Positions 47,509-56,608 of a stretch of DNA of 64,000 nt are shown here, piece by piece; the stretch's first letter is position 1, and each line of letters starts with the position of its first letter. The DNA lies in IMG/VR virus record IMGVR_UViG_3300021478_000022, positions 1 through 64,000 of that record. The stretch is one strand, 5' to 3'. The notes under the pieces were generated by a model, which was not told the origin of the DNA, ran no database searches, and saw only the letters and a list, made by a program, of their open reading frames with translations. The translations under genes were made by a program, and so were the position numbers. Origin of the DNA: a virus.

Positions 47509-48461
47509 GCTTCCATTCCCATGACCTTCAAAAGCTGCTTGGCCCTTGCCGCCGTCGTGTGATATTCCCGCGCATATTCCTGAAGGGCGCGACTCTTGGC
47601 GGTTGCGTCATGCGCCAAGGCTTCATCAATGTGCTCGGGCAGCGTATCCGCAGTGCAGTTGACAATCAGTTCCGCCGGGAACCAGGGATCGCGCACATGA
47701 TCGGGATAGCCCACGAAAATGGGAATGGTCCCGCACGCCGCCGCCTCGAAGGTGCGCAGCGAATCTGCCAAGTCTGCCGCTGAAGGACAGAGCGCGAACT
47801 TGGCACGCCGCAGCATAGCCAAATATTCGTCTTGGCCCAGTCCCAAGCCGCATGTGGCAATGACCGACCGATGCTTCTTCGCAGTCCGAAAGACATTCCT
47901 TAGCATCGGCCAGCGGACTTCGTGTCCCGGTAAACACGTCGCCGGATCGCCAACGAAGAACAAGTCGATGGGGCGAGACGACGATTCTGCAAACCACCGG
48001 GACGGCGCTGCGAAATTCAAATGGTGCGGCTTCATGGGATAGGTCACTTTGCCAGAAATCTCTTTGCGGAAATAGGCGTCGACGTGAATCTTGGGACGGG
48101 TGATCTGCCATGCCGCGTCCCAGCCTTCCACGAAAGCCACCTTGCCGCCCTTGCTCAAATTCCGCTGCCATTCCTTCGCCCACGTCCACGACCAGTCCAC
48201 GTTCTTTTTTCGATTGAAGCAAGCATTGAAGATTATGAGGTCATATTTGCCAGTCGGCCATCTTATACCATTCCTTGTGCCACTGATCGCCGCCACGGCC
48301 GCTTCTCGTACTCCATCGGGCTCTATATCGGACTTGTGCAGCCACGAGGCATTGATCGCATCAATGATGTTCTCCTCGCCTAGAACCTCCTGCAAACCAT
48401 CCCAAAGACAGGCGCTCAAATAATCGCACTCCCCTGACGAGGTTACGAAGGATACCCGCAT
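47505..48461 (-). CDS. GT-B glycosyltransferase, paralog B
   Basis: DYLSACLWDGLQEVLG, SLRTFEAAACGTIP, HTTAARA shared with 44919-45968. Confidence 0.75.
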   Translation of the reverse strand: MRVSFVTSSGECDYLSACLWDGLQEVLGEENIIDAINASWLHKSDIEPDGVREAAVAAISGTRNGIRWPTGKYDLIIFNACFNRKKNVDWSWTWAKEWQRNLSKGGKVAFVEGWDAAWQITRPKIHVDAYFRKEISGKVTYPMKPHHLNFAAPSRWFAESSSRPIDLFFVGDPATCLPGHEVRWPMLRNVFRTAKKHRSVIATCGLGLGQDEYLAMLRRAKFALCPSAADLADSLRTFEAAACGTIPIFVGYPDHVRDPWFPAELIVNCTADTLPEHIDEALAHDATAKSRALQEYAREYHTTAARAKQLLKVMGMEA

Positions 48462-48462
48462 C

Positions 48463-49020
48463 AATCCCTCGGAAAGCAGTAGATACTCATTTCCACACCG
48501 CCCAGCACATGTCCCTCAGCTTGAGGAGGTCCTTGCCCTTGGCAAATTCATCCACGGCATGGTTCACACCAAAACCAGGGTCGTCGCCGTAGTCATGCCC
48601 GCAGAGAAGACCGCCCGGCCTGATCTTGGGCCAGTAAAGGTCGATGTCCTTCTTGATGTAGGCGTAATCGTGGTTACCGTCGATCCAGACGAAATCTAGG
48701 TCGTTCGGCAGAAACCGAGGAGCCTCCGCACTGGGCATACGCAAGATCGCGAAGTGCCTGCCGTCATCGTAAGGATGGAGACGCCCACGGCAAATCCTGA
48801 GATTGTGCTCCTCGGCAGCAGCCTCATTTGCCCCGACTATCCCGTAGCCCTCGTAGGTGATCCACGGATCGACCAGAAAGAGGAAGCGCACTCCTTTTTC
48901 CAGAAGCGCCAGCGAGCTGATGCCCCACTGGACGCCGATCTCCACACCCACCCAGCCGGGCTTGATGAATGGCAAAAGGTTGTCAACGGATGCCATTTAA
49001 TCCCTCGGGAAGCAGTAGAT
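48463..49020. repeat. 22-bp direct repeat flanking a methyltransferase gene
   Basis: aatccctcggaaagcagtagat (48463-48484) vs aatccctcgggaagcagtagat (48999-49020). Confidence 0.85.
48487..48996 (-). CDS. Methyltransf_24-type SAM methyltransferase
   Basis: GVEIGV..G.S, VDPW, DFVWIDGNHDY, PGGLLCGHDY. Confidence 0.88.
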   Translation of the reverse strand: MASVDNLLPFIKPGWVGVEIGVQWGISSLALLEKGVRFLFLVDPWITYEGYGIVGANEAAAEEHNLRICRGRLHPYDDGRHFAILRMPSAEAPRFLPNDLDFVWIDGNHDYAYIKKDIDLYWPKIRPGGLLCGHDYGDDPGFGVNHAVDEFAKGKDLLKLRDMCWAVWK

Positions 49021-49575
49021 GCACTGCTCCTTGATGAACAGGTCGTACTTGTTATCCACAGCCCCCACCACGTCGTAAATCTGCTGGAAGGTCGGGTTTT
49101 GCTTGCGGTCCATCCCCTGCCCGTGCGCCCCTCTGTCCCACCACACGTCGGAGCAGAACGTCGAGGCATCGTCGATCAGGATGAACGGCCGCGACTTCCA
49201 GGGTACGGCAAGGATGAGGCGCAGTTCCTCCAAGAGAACACACTGCCCGTGGCGTGGGTCGAAGGAGGTGGGCTTGGCCCCGTCGTAGTGGGCGTCGAGC
49301 CAGAAGACGGTTTTCTTGTGCGGCGTGAGGATTTCCGGCAGCACGTCGAGGCTGGAGCCGTGGTGGATGCTCAGGCGGGTGGTGTCGAACCGCTTGCAGG
49401 CTTTGTCCACCATCTCCGCATCTACCTCGATGCCGTGCAACTCCATGAATCGCGGCGCCGCGAACGCCAGCGCCACGGCCATCGACGTGCCTTCGGACAG
49501 GCCGGTCTCGATGTACACGTCCCCCCAGATATGGGGGAGGTAGGTGGCTCGGGGAGTCAGGGGTACGGTGCCCAT
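48997..49575 (-). CDS. SAM methyltransferase-like protein
   Basis: YIETG..G, GIE, G.S..LP, FWLDAH, ILIDD. Confidence 0.7.
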   Translation of the reverse strand: MGTVPLTPRATYLPHIWGDVYIETGLSEGTSMAVALAFAAPRFMELHGIEVDAEMVDKACKRFDTTRLSIHHGSSLDVLPEILTPHKKTVFWLDAHYDGAKPTSFDPRHGQCVLLEELRLILAVPWKSRPFILIDDASTFCSDVWWDRGAHGQGMDRKQNPTFQQIYDVVGAVDNKYDLFIKEQCIYCFPRD

Positions 49576-49799
49576 TATTGAGATACCTCTTTGAGCAGAC
49601 GATCGCGCAACTGACAAGCCTTCTCAAAGGTCGCCGTCTCGTACCAGCGCCGGTCGCCACCGAGCAGGTGAACTATGACTCGTGGAGCTATTGAAGCCCG
49701 GCAGGACGCTATTTCACCATCTCTGCCTTCCGCCGCCTCGATGGCTAGGATGTAGTCGCTTCGGAATTGGTCGCCGCTGGGCATTGCAATGAATTTCAT
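49575..49799 (-). CDS. Hypothetical protein
   Basis: Coupled at both ends. Confidence 0.5.
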   Translation of the reverse strand: MKFIAMPSGDQFRSDYILAIEAAEGRDGEIASCRASIAPRVIVHLLGGDRRWYETATFEKACQLRDRLLKEVSQ

Positions 49800-50713
49800 G
49801 GGAAGTTGATGTCCTCCAATTTTCTGAGTCTGTCCACGAGATTATTGATTTCGTTCAACTTGCACGCCACCTGACAATTCTCGTGCACCGGCACTGACTG
49901 CGGAGCCCGGTCGAGGATATCCTTGAGGGAGTCCTTGTAGATGTTGCCCAGCACGAACTCCGGTCCATGCTTCCGCATGTACGCGCACACGTTCACGCTG
50001 CCGTCCTCGAAAATGAAGGGGACCATGTGGAACCCTTCGCACCGCGCGTACCCGTGCTTCTTCCGGGCCTCCTCGAACTTGTACCCCGTCACCTGCATCA
50101 GCGGGTGCGTGAAGTCCGGTGGCTTGATGTCCACCGTTTCCCCGTGGAACTTCAGAGCGGGCCTGCACTGGACGTAATCGGCCCCCACCTCCTCCGCGAG
50201 CCTGAGCGTCTCCAGCAGGTAGGCCCCATCTTCCTTGGCCCCCCGGTAGTTGAACGCGAACCCCAGCGTCTTGCAGGGCCGCAGGGCGCGGATGCACTCC
50301 GGTTTGTAGGGTCGGTCGGTCATGGTGACCCTGATCCACTGGAGCAGGGAGGGGTCGAAGCGTGGCATGGCCAAGGCGTTGGTGAACATGCCTTGATCGA
50401 GACCATGCACCTTCGCACTTTCGACCAGCGTTCCGATGTCGGGGTGAAGGGAAGGGTCGCCGCCTCCCGTCCACGTCACGGCTTTGACTCCCAAGGGTTC
50501 GCACTCTTCCAAGAGAACGCACGCCCGGAACGTCTCTAAAAACACCTTCCTAAATCCCCCAAGGTCTCCATTTGAATAAAAACATTGTGGGCAGTGCGCC
50601 TGGCAAACCCCGCTAGGGCTAATCTCTATCCCCACCGGGTAGACGCGCCGTCCCGCCATGTGCTCAGCGAGTTGGGGATGCAGCGCCAGTTTGTCTTGGG
50701 GGGAAAAACGCAT
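49796..50713 (-). CDS. Radical SAM enzyme with C-terminal SPASM/Twitch-like Cys cluster
   Basis: CQAHCPQC (CxxxCxxC), TGGGDP, FTNA; C..DG.V..C..GNI..CQVAC. Confidence 0.9.
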   Translation of the reverse strand: MRFSPQDKLALHPQLAEHMAGRRVYPVGIEISPSGVCQAHCPQCFYSNGDLGGFRKVFLETFRACVLLEECEPLGVKAVTWTGGGDPSLHPDIGTLVESAKVHGLDQGMFTNALAMPRFDPSLLQWIRVTMTDRPYKPECIRALRPCKTLGFAFNYRGAKEDGAYLLETLRLAEEVGADYVQCRPALKFHGETVDIKPPDFTHPLMQVTGYKFEEARKKHGYARCEGFHMVPFIFEDGSVNVCAYMRKHGPEFVLGNIYKDSLKDILDRAPQSVPVHENCQVACKLNEINNLVDRLRKLEDINFP

Positions 50714-50741
50714 CAGGTAATCCTAATCGACAAGCTGGACG

Positions 50742-51059
50742 TCATCGGTCGTCATCATCGAAAACCTCGTCATCGCTGGTCCCCGTAGGTCCAGCCAACG
50801 CACGCGGCAAATCCCACGGGCTGATCGGCTGCACCTTCGCCGCCTTGGCAACGAGCCGCGCCGCTTCCTCGGTGACGGCCGTGATGCGGTAGACCGAGCC
50901 GCCGCCGAAAAACTGCGTGACGAAAGAGCCGTCCTCCTGCGGGATTTCGATGCGTCCCATCTTGGCGCCGAACCGCTCCTCTTCGCTGACGCGCCCCGCC
51001 ATCTTGACGTGGCCCATCAGTTCGACCACGGCCCACATTTCTTGCTTGGCTTCGCTCAC
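50742..51059 (-). CDS. Conserved phage hypothetical protein
   Basis: WAVVELMGH..AGRVSE..FG..RIEIP. Confidence 0.65.
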   Translation of the reverse strand: MSEAKQEMWAVVELMGHVKMAGRVSEEERFGAKMGRIEIPQEDGSFVTQFFGGGSVYRITAVTEEAARLVAKAAKVQPISPWDLPRALAGPTGTSDDEVFDDDDR

Positions 51060-51083
51060 TTTTTGGCTCCGTAAATCAACTGT

Positions 51084-51419
51084 TTAAGCCGGATCTTGGG
51101 TTTCCCGATACCAACGGTCGGCCTCGATCAGGGCTGTGAAAGGGTCGTCATCGACAAAACCACCACCTTGCTCAAGCCGGTTCACGTCGGGAATAACAAC
51201 GAGCCATTGCGTTCCGGGACCTTGGCTGATCGGCCACCATCCCCGCCGCATCATCACGTCGAAGGCGTTGCGGGCCAAGGCCGCGAATTGCAAATCGGCC
51301 ACGTTGTCCTCTTCCGACAACAGGATCGGGAAGCCAGTCTGTTTGACAACCGCAGGGAACTGGTCTGAGGCGGGCGCCGAAATAAGCCACGGCGCCGGCG
51401 TTAGCTTGTTCAGGTCCAA
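51084..51419 (-). CDS. Hypothetical phage protein
   Basis: TPAPW...D.QF.ALARN pattern. Confidence 0.55.
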   Translation of the reverse strand: MDLNKLTPAPWLISAPASDQFPAVVKQTGFPILLSEEDNVADLQFAALARNAFDVMMRRGWWPISQGPGTQWLVVIPDVNRLEQGGGFVDDDPFTALIEADRWYRETQDPA

Positions 51420-51472
51420 GGCTTTCCCCTTTACTGGATGTCACGATTGCCAATGTGGGCAGTAGGACGTTG

Positions 51473-51679
51473 CTACTTGAATGCCGCGATTCGCTCGCCG
51501 AGAACCCCGGATAGGGCGGTCATCAGGCTCCACTGTCTTTCGAGCCTGCCCTTCTCTTCCCCATCCAGCCCTGCAAACATGGCTGAGGTAAGAAAGGCGG
51601 TGAGTTTGCTCAGCTTGTCGTCAAGTTCCCTTTTCTCACTCACGACGTGCTCTCGATGCGGTTGCATGTAATCCTCCAT
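51473..51679 (-). CDS. crAss001_48-like small helical protein
   Basis: EKRELDDKLSKL..F...L.RQ...M......L.ERI. Confidence 0.7.
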   Translation of the reverse strand: MEDYMQPHREHVVSEKRELDDKLSKLTAFLTSAMFAGLDGEEKGRLERQWSLMTALSGVLGERIAAFK

Positions 51680-51691
51680 TGGAGTTGGGCG

Positions 51692-51889
51692 TCACTCGCT
51701 GCCCCACTCGGGGCCGTCGTCCTCGTAATCCCAATCGTCGCATGGATCGCACCCGCAATCTCCGTCTATGATTGGCTGCCGACAGCCGTGGCAGACCTCG
51801 ATCATTGGCTCCGTGCCGCGCGTGCGCATGCAGCCAGCCGCATGGCAAATGTCGTCACAGCACGGCTTGAAATCAATCGGGCATAGCAT
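51692..51889 (-). CDS. Small Cys-rich protein
   Basis: Many Cys in 65 aa. Confidence 0.45.
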   Translation of the reverse strand: MLCPIDFKPCCDDICHAAGCMRTRGTEPMIEVCHGCRQPIIDGDCGCDPCDDWDYEDDGPEWGSE

Positions 51890-51913
51890 CGCAATCCCCG
51901 TAAAACAGCTTTG

Positions 51914-53056
51914 TCAGTTGCCTTGCGACCACCGATCCCACCCCGCGTCCGCGTACAACCGCACCGCGCTCAACTGCCGACCAATATCCTCCAACTCCCC
52001 TTCCCTGAAGCATCGCCTTGCCAGTGCAGCCATGTCCTTGTGATCCACCCCATTGCACCCGAAGTCCCTTTCGAGTATCCCGTCCGGTCCGTCCGGCGGT
52101 TCATGGTGCCGGGGCTGTTTCTGCGAGTCCTTGATCCTGAACGCCAACCCGCTCATGTGCAGCCAGGGCGGACATTCGCAGTTGATGCACAGGTAGCCGT
52201 TCTGCGCCATCCTGACCCCCAGGTGCCCCTCGTAGAACGTGCACCCGTCCCGCCAGCGCCCCACCGCACGCCACGCATCCATGTTGATGAGCGCCCACGC
52301 GGACGGACCCATTGCCCACGATGCGCCGCGCGTCCGGGGCCAGCCCCCCATGGCCTGCCAGCCCCATCCGAACTGCATCTCGGACCACACCATCGCCCCG
52401 ACCTCATGCCGCAGGATGGGGTCGCGCCATGTGCGGCGGATGATCTCGGGCCAGGTGTCCCCAAGGCCGGGTTCTTTGCACGTCTCCAGCGCCTTGTCGT
52501 GCATCCGCTGCCAACACCAGTAGCCGTCGTTCCAGTTGCCATCGTGATGCTCCGACCCGTAGAAACAGTCGCGCTGGGTGTCCCCGTTCTGGCCGAAGAA
52601 CCCCTCCAGCCCGAGTTCGCACGGCATCACCTTGGCGCAGGCCAGATGCCACGCCTCGAAACTGGTGGTCATGCCAATGGCCCCGACCTTGCGCCCTGAC
52701 CACGTGCGCTCACCGATCTGGTCGAGGGCATCCATCGCGGTTTCAAGCCACCCCATGCTGGGCCTGACGGCATCTTCAATGAGGAACGCCCATGGGGTCG
52801 TCACCAGACTCATCAGGTAGTTGAGGTTGTAGCTTATGCCGTAGGTCGGGCCGGGGTTATCAACCCATTCAACGTCATTGGGCTCGCAGACGCTAATCTG
52901 CCGCAGTTGGTCGTTGGGGTCGCTGCTGCCGTCGTCCGATACGATCTGCCGGTAGGGCAGCTTCGTGAACTTGCGGAGTTCCCGGAGGGAGACGCCAAGG
53001 TGCTTGTAGCTGTCGCCCAGCGTGGCGGTGACGACGGTGATGCGGTCGAGTGTCAT
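51914..53056 (-). CDS. GT2 (GT-A) glycosyltransferase
   Basis: ITVVT, IVSDDGS, G.S..LN, FLIEDA (DxD-like), G..L....W..VG. Confidence 0.8.
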   Translation of the reverse strand: MTLDRITVVTATLGDSYKHLGVSLRELRKFTKLPYRQIVSDDGSSDPNDQLRQISVCEPNDVEWVDNPGPTYGISYNLNYLMSLVTTPWAFLIEDAVRPSMGWLETAMDALDQIGERTWSGRKVGAIGMTTSFEAWHLACAKVMPCELGLEGFFGQNGDTQRDCFYGSEHHDGNWNDGYWCWQRMHDKALETCKEPGLGDTWPEIIRRTWRDPILRHEVGAMVWSEMQFGWGWQAMGGWPRTRGASWAMGPSAWALINMDAWRAVGRWRDGCTFYEGHLGVRMAQNGYLCINCECPPWLHMSGLAFRIKDSQKQPRHHEPPDGPDGILERDFGCNGVDHKDMAALARRCFREGELEDIGRQLSAVRLYADAGWDRWSQGN

Positions 53057-53071
53057 ATTTGGCCTAATCCT

Positions 53072-53437
53072 CTAATTCAAAGGCGATGTCATGGGACCGT
53101 ACCACTTGGTCTTTCCGTCAAGGTTCGCTTTGTCGACTGTTATCTCGTCGCCATTGCCAAAACGGACCACGCCGTTAGCAACGCAGACTATGGTGGAACA
53201 TGGGTCGAACGGGCGCTTTATCCAGTACCAGCCACTTGCGAACCGTTTCCCATCGGCGGACGCTTGTCCCTTTAGCTTCTCGACCTCTGCCTTCAGTTCG
53301 CTGTTCGTCCTGTAAAGCCTTGTCAACTCAAGCTGCGATACCGCATAATTTCGGCACATAATCTCAATCGACTTGGCCAGCGTAAGCGGCTCGATGGTTT
53401 CCGGTTCGTCCATTGCTTGTCGGTCGGGTTGCATCAT
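53072..53437 (-). CDS. Hypothetical protein
   Basis: Coiled coil plus SGWYW..WYGP. Confidence 0.55.
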   Translation of the reverse strand: MMQPDRQAMDEPETIEPLTLAKSIEIMCRNYAVSQLELTRLYRTNSELKAEVEKLKGQASADGKRFASGWYWIKRPFDPCSTIVCVANGVVRFGNGDEITVDKANLDGKTKWYGPMTSPLN

Positions 53438-53577
53438 ATCCCAGACTTCCTCTTCTTGTCCCAGTAGGGACTACGGCACTTGGCGCAACGTGTCGGTCTG
53501 CCATTTCTGCGAGGTGTCCACGAGCACCCGCAGCGCTGACATTTCACCTTCGGCAGCTTTACGCTTGTGGTGTCCAT
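53434..53577 (-). CDS. 47-aa zinc-ribbon protein
   Basis: Translated by hand: KCQRCGCSWTPR..PTRCAKCRSPYWDK. Confidence 0.7.
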   Translation of the reverse strand: MDTTSVKLPKVKCQRCGCSWTPRRNGRPTRCAKCRSPYWDKKRKSGI

Positions 53578-53588
53578 ATCTGGATACC

Positions 53589-53618
53589 ACTATACGCCAC
53601 GTCCTATCCCTTCGTCAA
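53589..53618 (-). promoter_or_regulatory. Internal sigma70-like promoter
   Basis: TTGACG-N18-TATAGT. Confidence 0.55.
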
Positions 53619-54880
53619 GCCTGATACCGCAAAATCGCTGACGCCACTTCTTCCGACGGGATCATGGCCATACATTTTGGCGCAGGCGGCTCGGTCAGCA
53701 CTGGGTTCATGCACAGGTCACCGTCCTTCTCCGACCCGTCGTTCAGCGGCACCGTGCGCGACTTCCAGCAGGCTGTGGTGCGGCAGCAGTCCAGCGCCCC
53801 CACGGTCGAGAACAGCGTCTGGAGCGGGTAGGTCGTCCAGTGCCGTGGTTCCCTTGCCCCTCCGATGGTCACGGCAGGTTTCTCCAGAGCTGCCGCGAGG
53901 TGCTGGAGCATCGTCACCCCCGACAAGACCCCCTGTGAGTGGTAAACGAGCCGCACGAGCTGTCTGAGGCTGGTCTTGCCCAAGAAGTCGATGACCCCGC
54001 GCAGAGGCTTGTGGATGTGCTCGTGCGACCCAACCTGCACGAACAGCACCTTCCCTTGCAAGCGATCCACCACCTCCTGATAGAAGGGGTACTGCTTGGC
54101 AGTGTAGTCGGACTTCACTCCGGCGTTGACGAGCCAGAATTTCTGGTCGCGCTTGGTCGCCTCGGTCACCTGATTCATCCACGACTTCTCCTCCGGCGAG
54201 AGCCACAGCATCGGCCGATTCGTGTGGCACTTCAGCGGCACCTGTAGCGCCTCCCCCAAGAACTCGGTGTACGCCTCAAGGAAGTGGATGGCGCGCTGGT
54301 TCGACTCGTGGATCGCCGGGTAGTGTACGACCACCTCCTCGGCGCCCATCGCCTTGGCCGTCTCCACCGTAACCACGTCGGGGTTGTGCTCCCAGAACTC
54401 CGGGGCGCTCGTCTCCACAGCCGTGATGAACCTTCCGGGGTGCTGCTTGTGGAGGCTGTAGACCCCGGCCGTCATGCACAAGACGTCGCCGGGTGAGAGC
54501 ATGTGACGGAGGAGGAGGACTCGTGGTGCTTGGGTCATGACTTTCGGCCTGTAAATGCACTGGGAACAGTCGGTCAGGGTCACATGGTCGTTGCGGTTGG
54601 GCTGGCGGCGCCCCGGACACTTGCACTCGAACAGGTCGAGGAACTTCGACCCGCCGCACTGGACGCACTCGCGCTTCTGGATCTCGCCCTTCTCATCGCG
54701 GACGCGCTTCCAGAGGTAGGGGCAGCGTTCCACCTTGACACCGTGGACGCCGCTGCCGCCCCAGAGGCGGTTGTAGTCGGGATTGGTGTGGTACAGGTAG
54801 CAAAGGCGGCAAAAATCCGTGCTGTACGGCTGGCCGTCTGGCGGTATCCGGTCGCAGGCGCAGGGTCTCACAGCGTCCAT
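53615..54880 (-). CDS. GT9 heptosyltransferase-like enzyme with N-terminal Cys-rich domain
   Basis: SPGDVLCMT, NPDV, FVQVG, DFLGKTSLRQL, HLAAAL, C-terminal CC..ACW..C..KCM.MI. Confidence 0.85.
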   Translation of the reverse strand: MDAVRPCACDRIPPDGQPYSTDFCRLCYLYHTNPDYNRLWGGSGVHGVKVERCPYLWKRVRDEKGEIQKRECVQCGGSKFLDLFECKCPGRRQPNRNDHVTLTDCSQCIYRPKVMTQAPRVLLLRHMLSPGDVLCMTAGVYSLHKQHPGRFITAVETSAPEFWEHNPDVVTVETAKAMGAEEVVVHYPAIHESNQRAIHFLEAYTEFLGEALQVPLKCHTNRPMLWLSPEEKSWMNQVTEATKRDQKFWLVNAGVKSDYTAKQYPFYQEVVDRLQGKVLFVQVGSHEHIHKPLRGVIDFLGKTSLRQLVRLVYHSQGVLSGVTMLQHLAAALEKPAVTIGGAREPRHWTTYPLQTLFSTVGALDCCRTTACWKSRTVPLNDGSEKDGDLCMNPVLTEPPAPKCMAMIPSEEVASAILRYQA

Positions 54881-55566
54881 GTCAGGGTCCCTGAAACGTT
54901 GCCGCAGAGGCACGGCGATTGGCCTAGTTCCTTCACCTGATCGAACCGAACCAGGAATGACTGTGGGGTGTCGCAGTTCGCCACCGCAGGCGGCTCAGCG
55001 ATGTACTGGATGTTGCTGAAGTCGACGGCGCAAGTGAAAGCCCTCCACTGACTCCCGGAGCACTGCAAGCCCACCCGACACTGGCTTATGAGCCCGCTGG
55101 TCTGGTTGGACACCCAGGCGTTCAGGGACGGCTGGAACGCTGCGGTGAGGGTCTGGTTGCAGTTGAAGGTGTTGCCGATGGTCACATGGATGGTTCCCGG
55201 CAGGCTGCAGTTGCACGACAGGCTCGACGCGCTGGGGAACGACCCCACCGAGGTCGCCGACGAACTACCCACCGAAGCACAGCAGAGTGAGTTGTTCAGG
55301 ATCTGGAACTGACACGTCGTCCCGGAGATCACCACGGGGGGCCAGAAGATGTTATCGCAGGTCGAGCGCGGATCGTCGTACACCAGCTGGTTCGTGCCGT
55401 CCGAGCCGATGATGGACAGGACGTACCCTCCCGGCACTCCGGTGGCGTTGGTGATCTGGATGACGTACAGGACACCGCCGACCAAGACGTAGCCGTTGTA
55501 GTTGCCGTCCGAGTCGACAATCATGCAAACCTGAAAGGGGACGCAGGGTAGCGCCATGGGGAACAC
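54868..55566 (-). CDS. Cys-rich virion-like protein with Ser-rich linker
   Basis: CCASVGSSSATSVGSFPSASSLSCNC; C-terminal domain similar to that of 55567-56607. Confidence 0.6.
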   Translation of the reverse strand: MFPMALPCVPFQVCMIVDSDGNYNGYVLVGGVLYVIQITNATGVPGGYVLSIIGSDGTNQLVYDDPRSTCDNIFWPPVVISGTTCQFQILNNSLCCASVGSSSATSVGSFPSASSLSCNCSLPGTIHVTIGNTFNCNQTLTAAFQPSLNAWVSNQTSGLISQCRVGLQCSGSQWRAFTCAVDFSNIQYIAEPPAVANCDTPQSFLVRFDQVKELGQSPCLCGNVSGTLTWTL

Positions 55567-56607
55567 TCAGAAGGTTATTCTAACGTCGATACCAGCAATC
55601 GTTGGTATACAGTTGCAGGCCACCGGCAAACTGGTGGCCTCAAGAACGAACGGGCTACAGTTGGACACCAGTCCGGTAGACTCCTGTCCGTTGATAATCA
55701 GATGCCATATCCCACCACCACTGGTCGGTTGACACTTCACTGCAAAGGTGGGAGCGCTCGACGTTGGGCACAATCCCAGCACCGAGAAGTTTTCCCACTG
55801 GTTGGTCGTCGGGTTGTAGGTCAGGGTATAAGTCCCATTGCAGTTTGTCGTGCCCGTGACCGTGGCGAAGATCGTGTTCGGGACCGTCAATCCTGGACAG
55901 CACGTCTGGTTACCGCTGCTGGACGAGGACTGGCTGGGCAAGCTGCTCTGGAAGCTGCTGGACGAACTGAGCAGACTGCTTGGCTGACTACTGACACTCG
56001 AACTGGACGATGAACAGATCGGTGTCACCAGCAGGCAAAACTGGGTCCGCAGGTTGCAACTGCTCGCAGAAAACTGACTGGAAATCTTGCTGGTGACGCT
56101 CGACACGACGCTGGTCACCGAACTCGACGGCTGGCCGCTCGTGATGGACGTAGGGGACGAAGGCACCGACACGGCACTGCTGGGTTGGCTGGGCTGACTC
56201 ACCTGACTCGACGTCACACTGGAGACGTGCGACACGACCGAACTGACAGATGACAGAGCCGACGAGACGAACGATGACTTCTGCGAACTGGCACTCGACC
56301 CCGATATGGACGAGAACGACCCCCGTCCCACACAGCAGATCAGCGAGACGACGTAGAGCGGCAGTCCGTTGAAATTCCCCACCAGTCGCGCCCGGTAGGT
56401 GCCGCGCGGGACAGGTACGCCATTCGGCTCGAATACCCAGCCTGCCTCCCGGTCCCTGAGCGTTGGCACCCCACCAGCAGCCTGCTGGTTCTGGCATGGG
56501 TAGACGGAGCCTTGTGCCGGTCCCGTGACGCGGATGACGCTCGGGACGACCGGATAGACGGGCTGGCGCGGTCCGAAGAACGGGGGGACAAGGTTGGTTG
56601 ACAGCAT
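55567..56607 (-). CDS. Mucin-like Ser-rich virion-like protein
   Basis: ~135-aa central region dominated by Ser (SSV repeats) between two folded domains. Confidence 0.7.
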   Translation of the reverse strand: MLSTNLVPPFFGPRQPVYPVVPSVIRVTGPAQGSVYPCQNQQAAGGVPTLRDREAGWVFEPNGVPVPRGTYRARLVGNFNGLPLYVVSLICCVGRGSFSSISGSSASSQKSSFVSSALSSVSSVVSHVSSVTSSQVSQPSQPSSAVSVPSSPTSITSGQPSSSVTSVVSSVTSKISSQFSASSCNLRTQFCLLVTPICSSSSSSVSSQPSSLLSSSSSFQSSLPSQSSSSSGNQTCCPGLTVPNTIFATVTGTTNCNGTYTLTYNPTTNQWENFSVLGLCPTSSAPTFAVKCQPTSGGGIWHLIINGQESTGLVSNCSPFVLEATSLPVACNCIPTIAGIDVRITF

Positions 56608-56608
56608 G

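Noticed and set aside
37886-54880. Cluster as host LPS locus or DNA hypermodification pathway
   Set aside because: Interleaved with phage ORFs and a homing nuclease; no flippase, polymerase or ligase, and no hydroxymethylase, TET or nucleotide kinase recognised. Not fully excluded
55900-56320. Repetitive DNA as CRISPR array or DGR repeat
   Set aside because: It is low-complexity Ser-codon coding sequence; no repeat-spacer pattern and no reverse transcriptase or cas gene in the window
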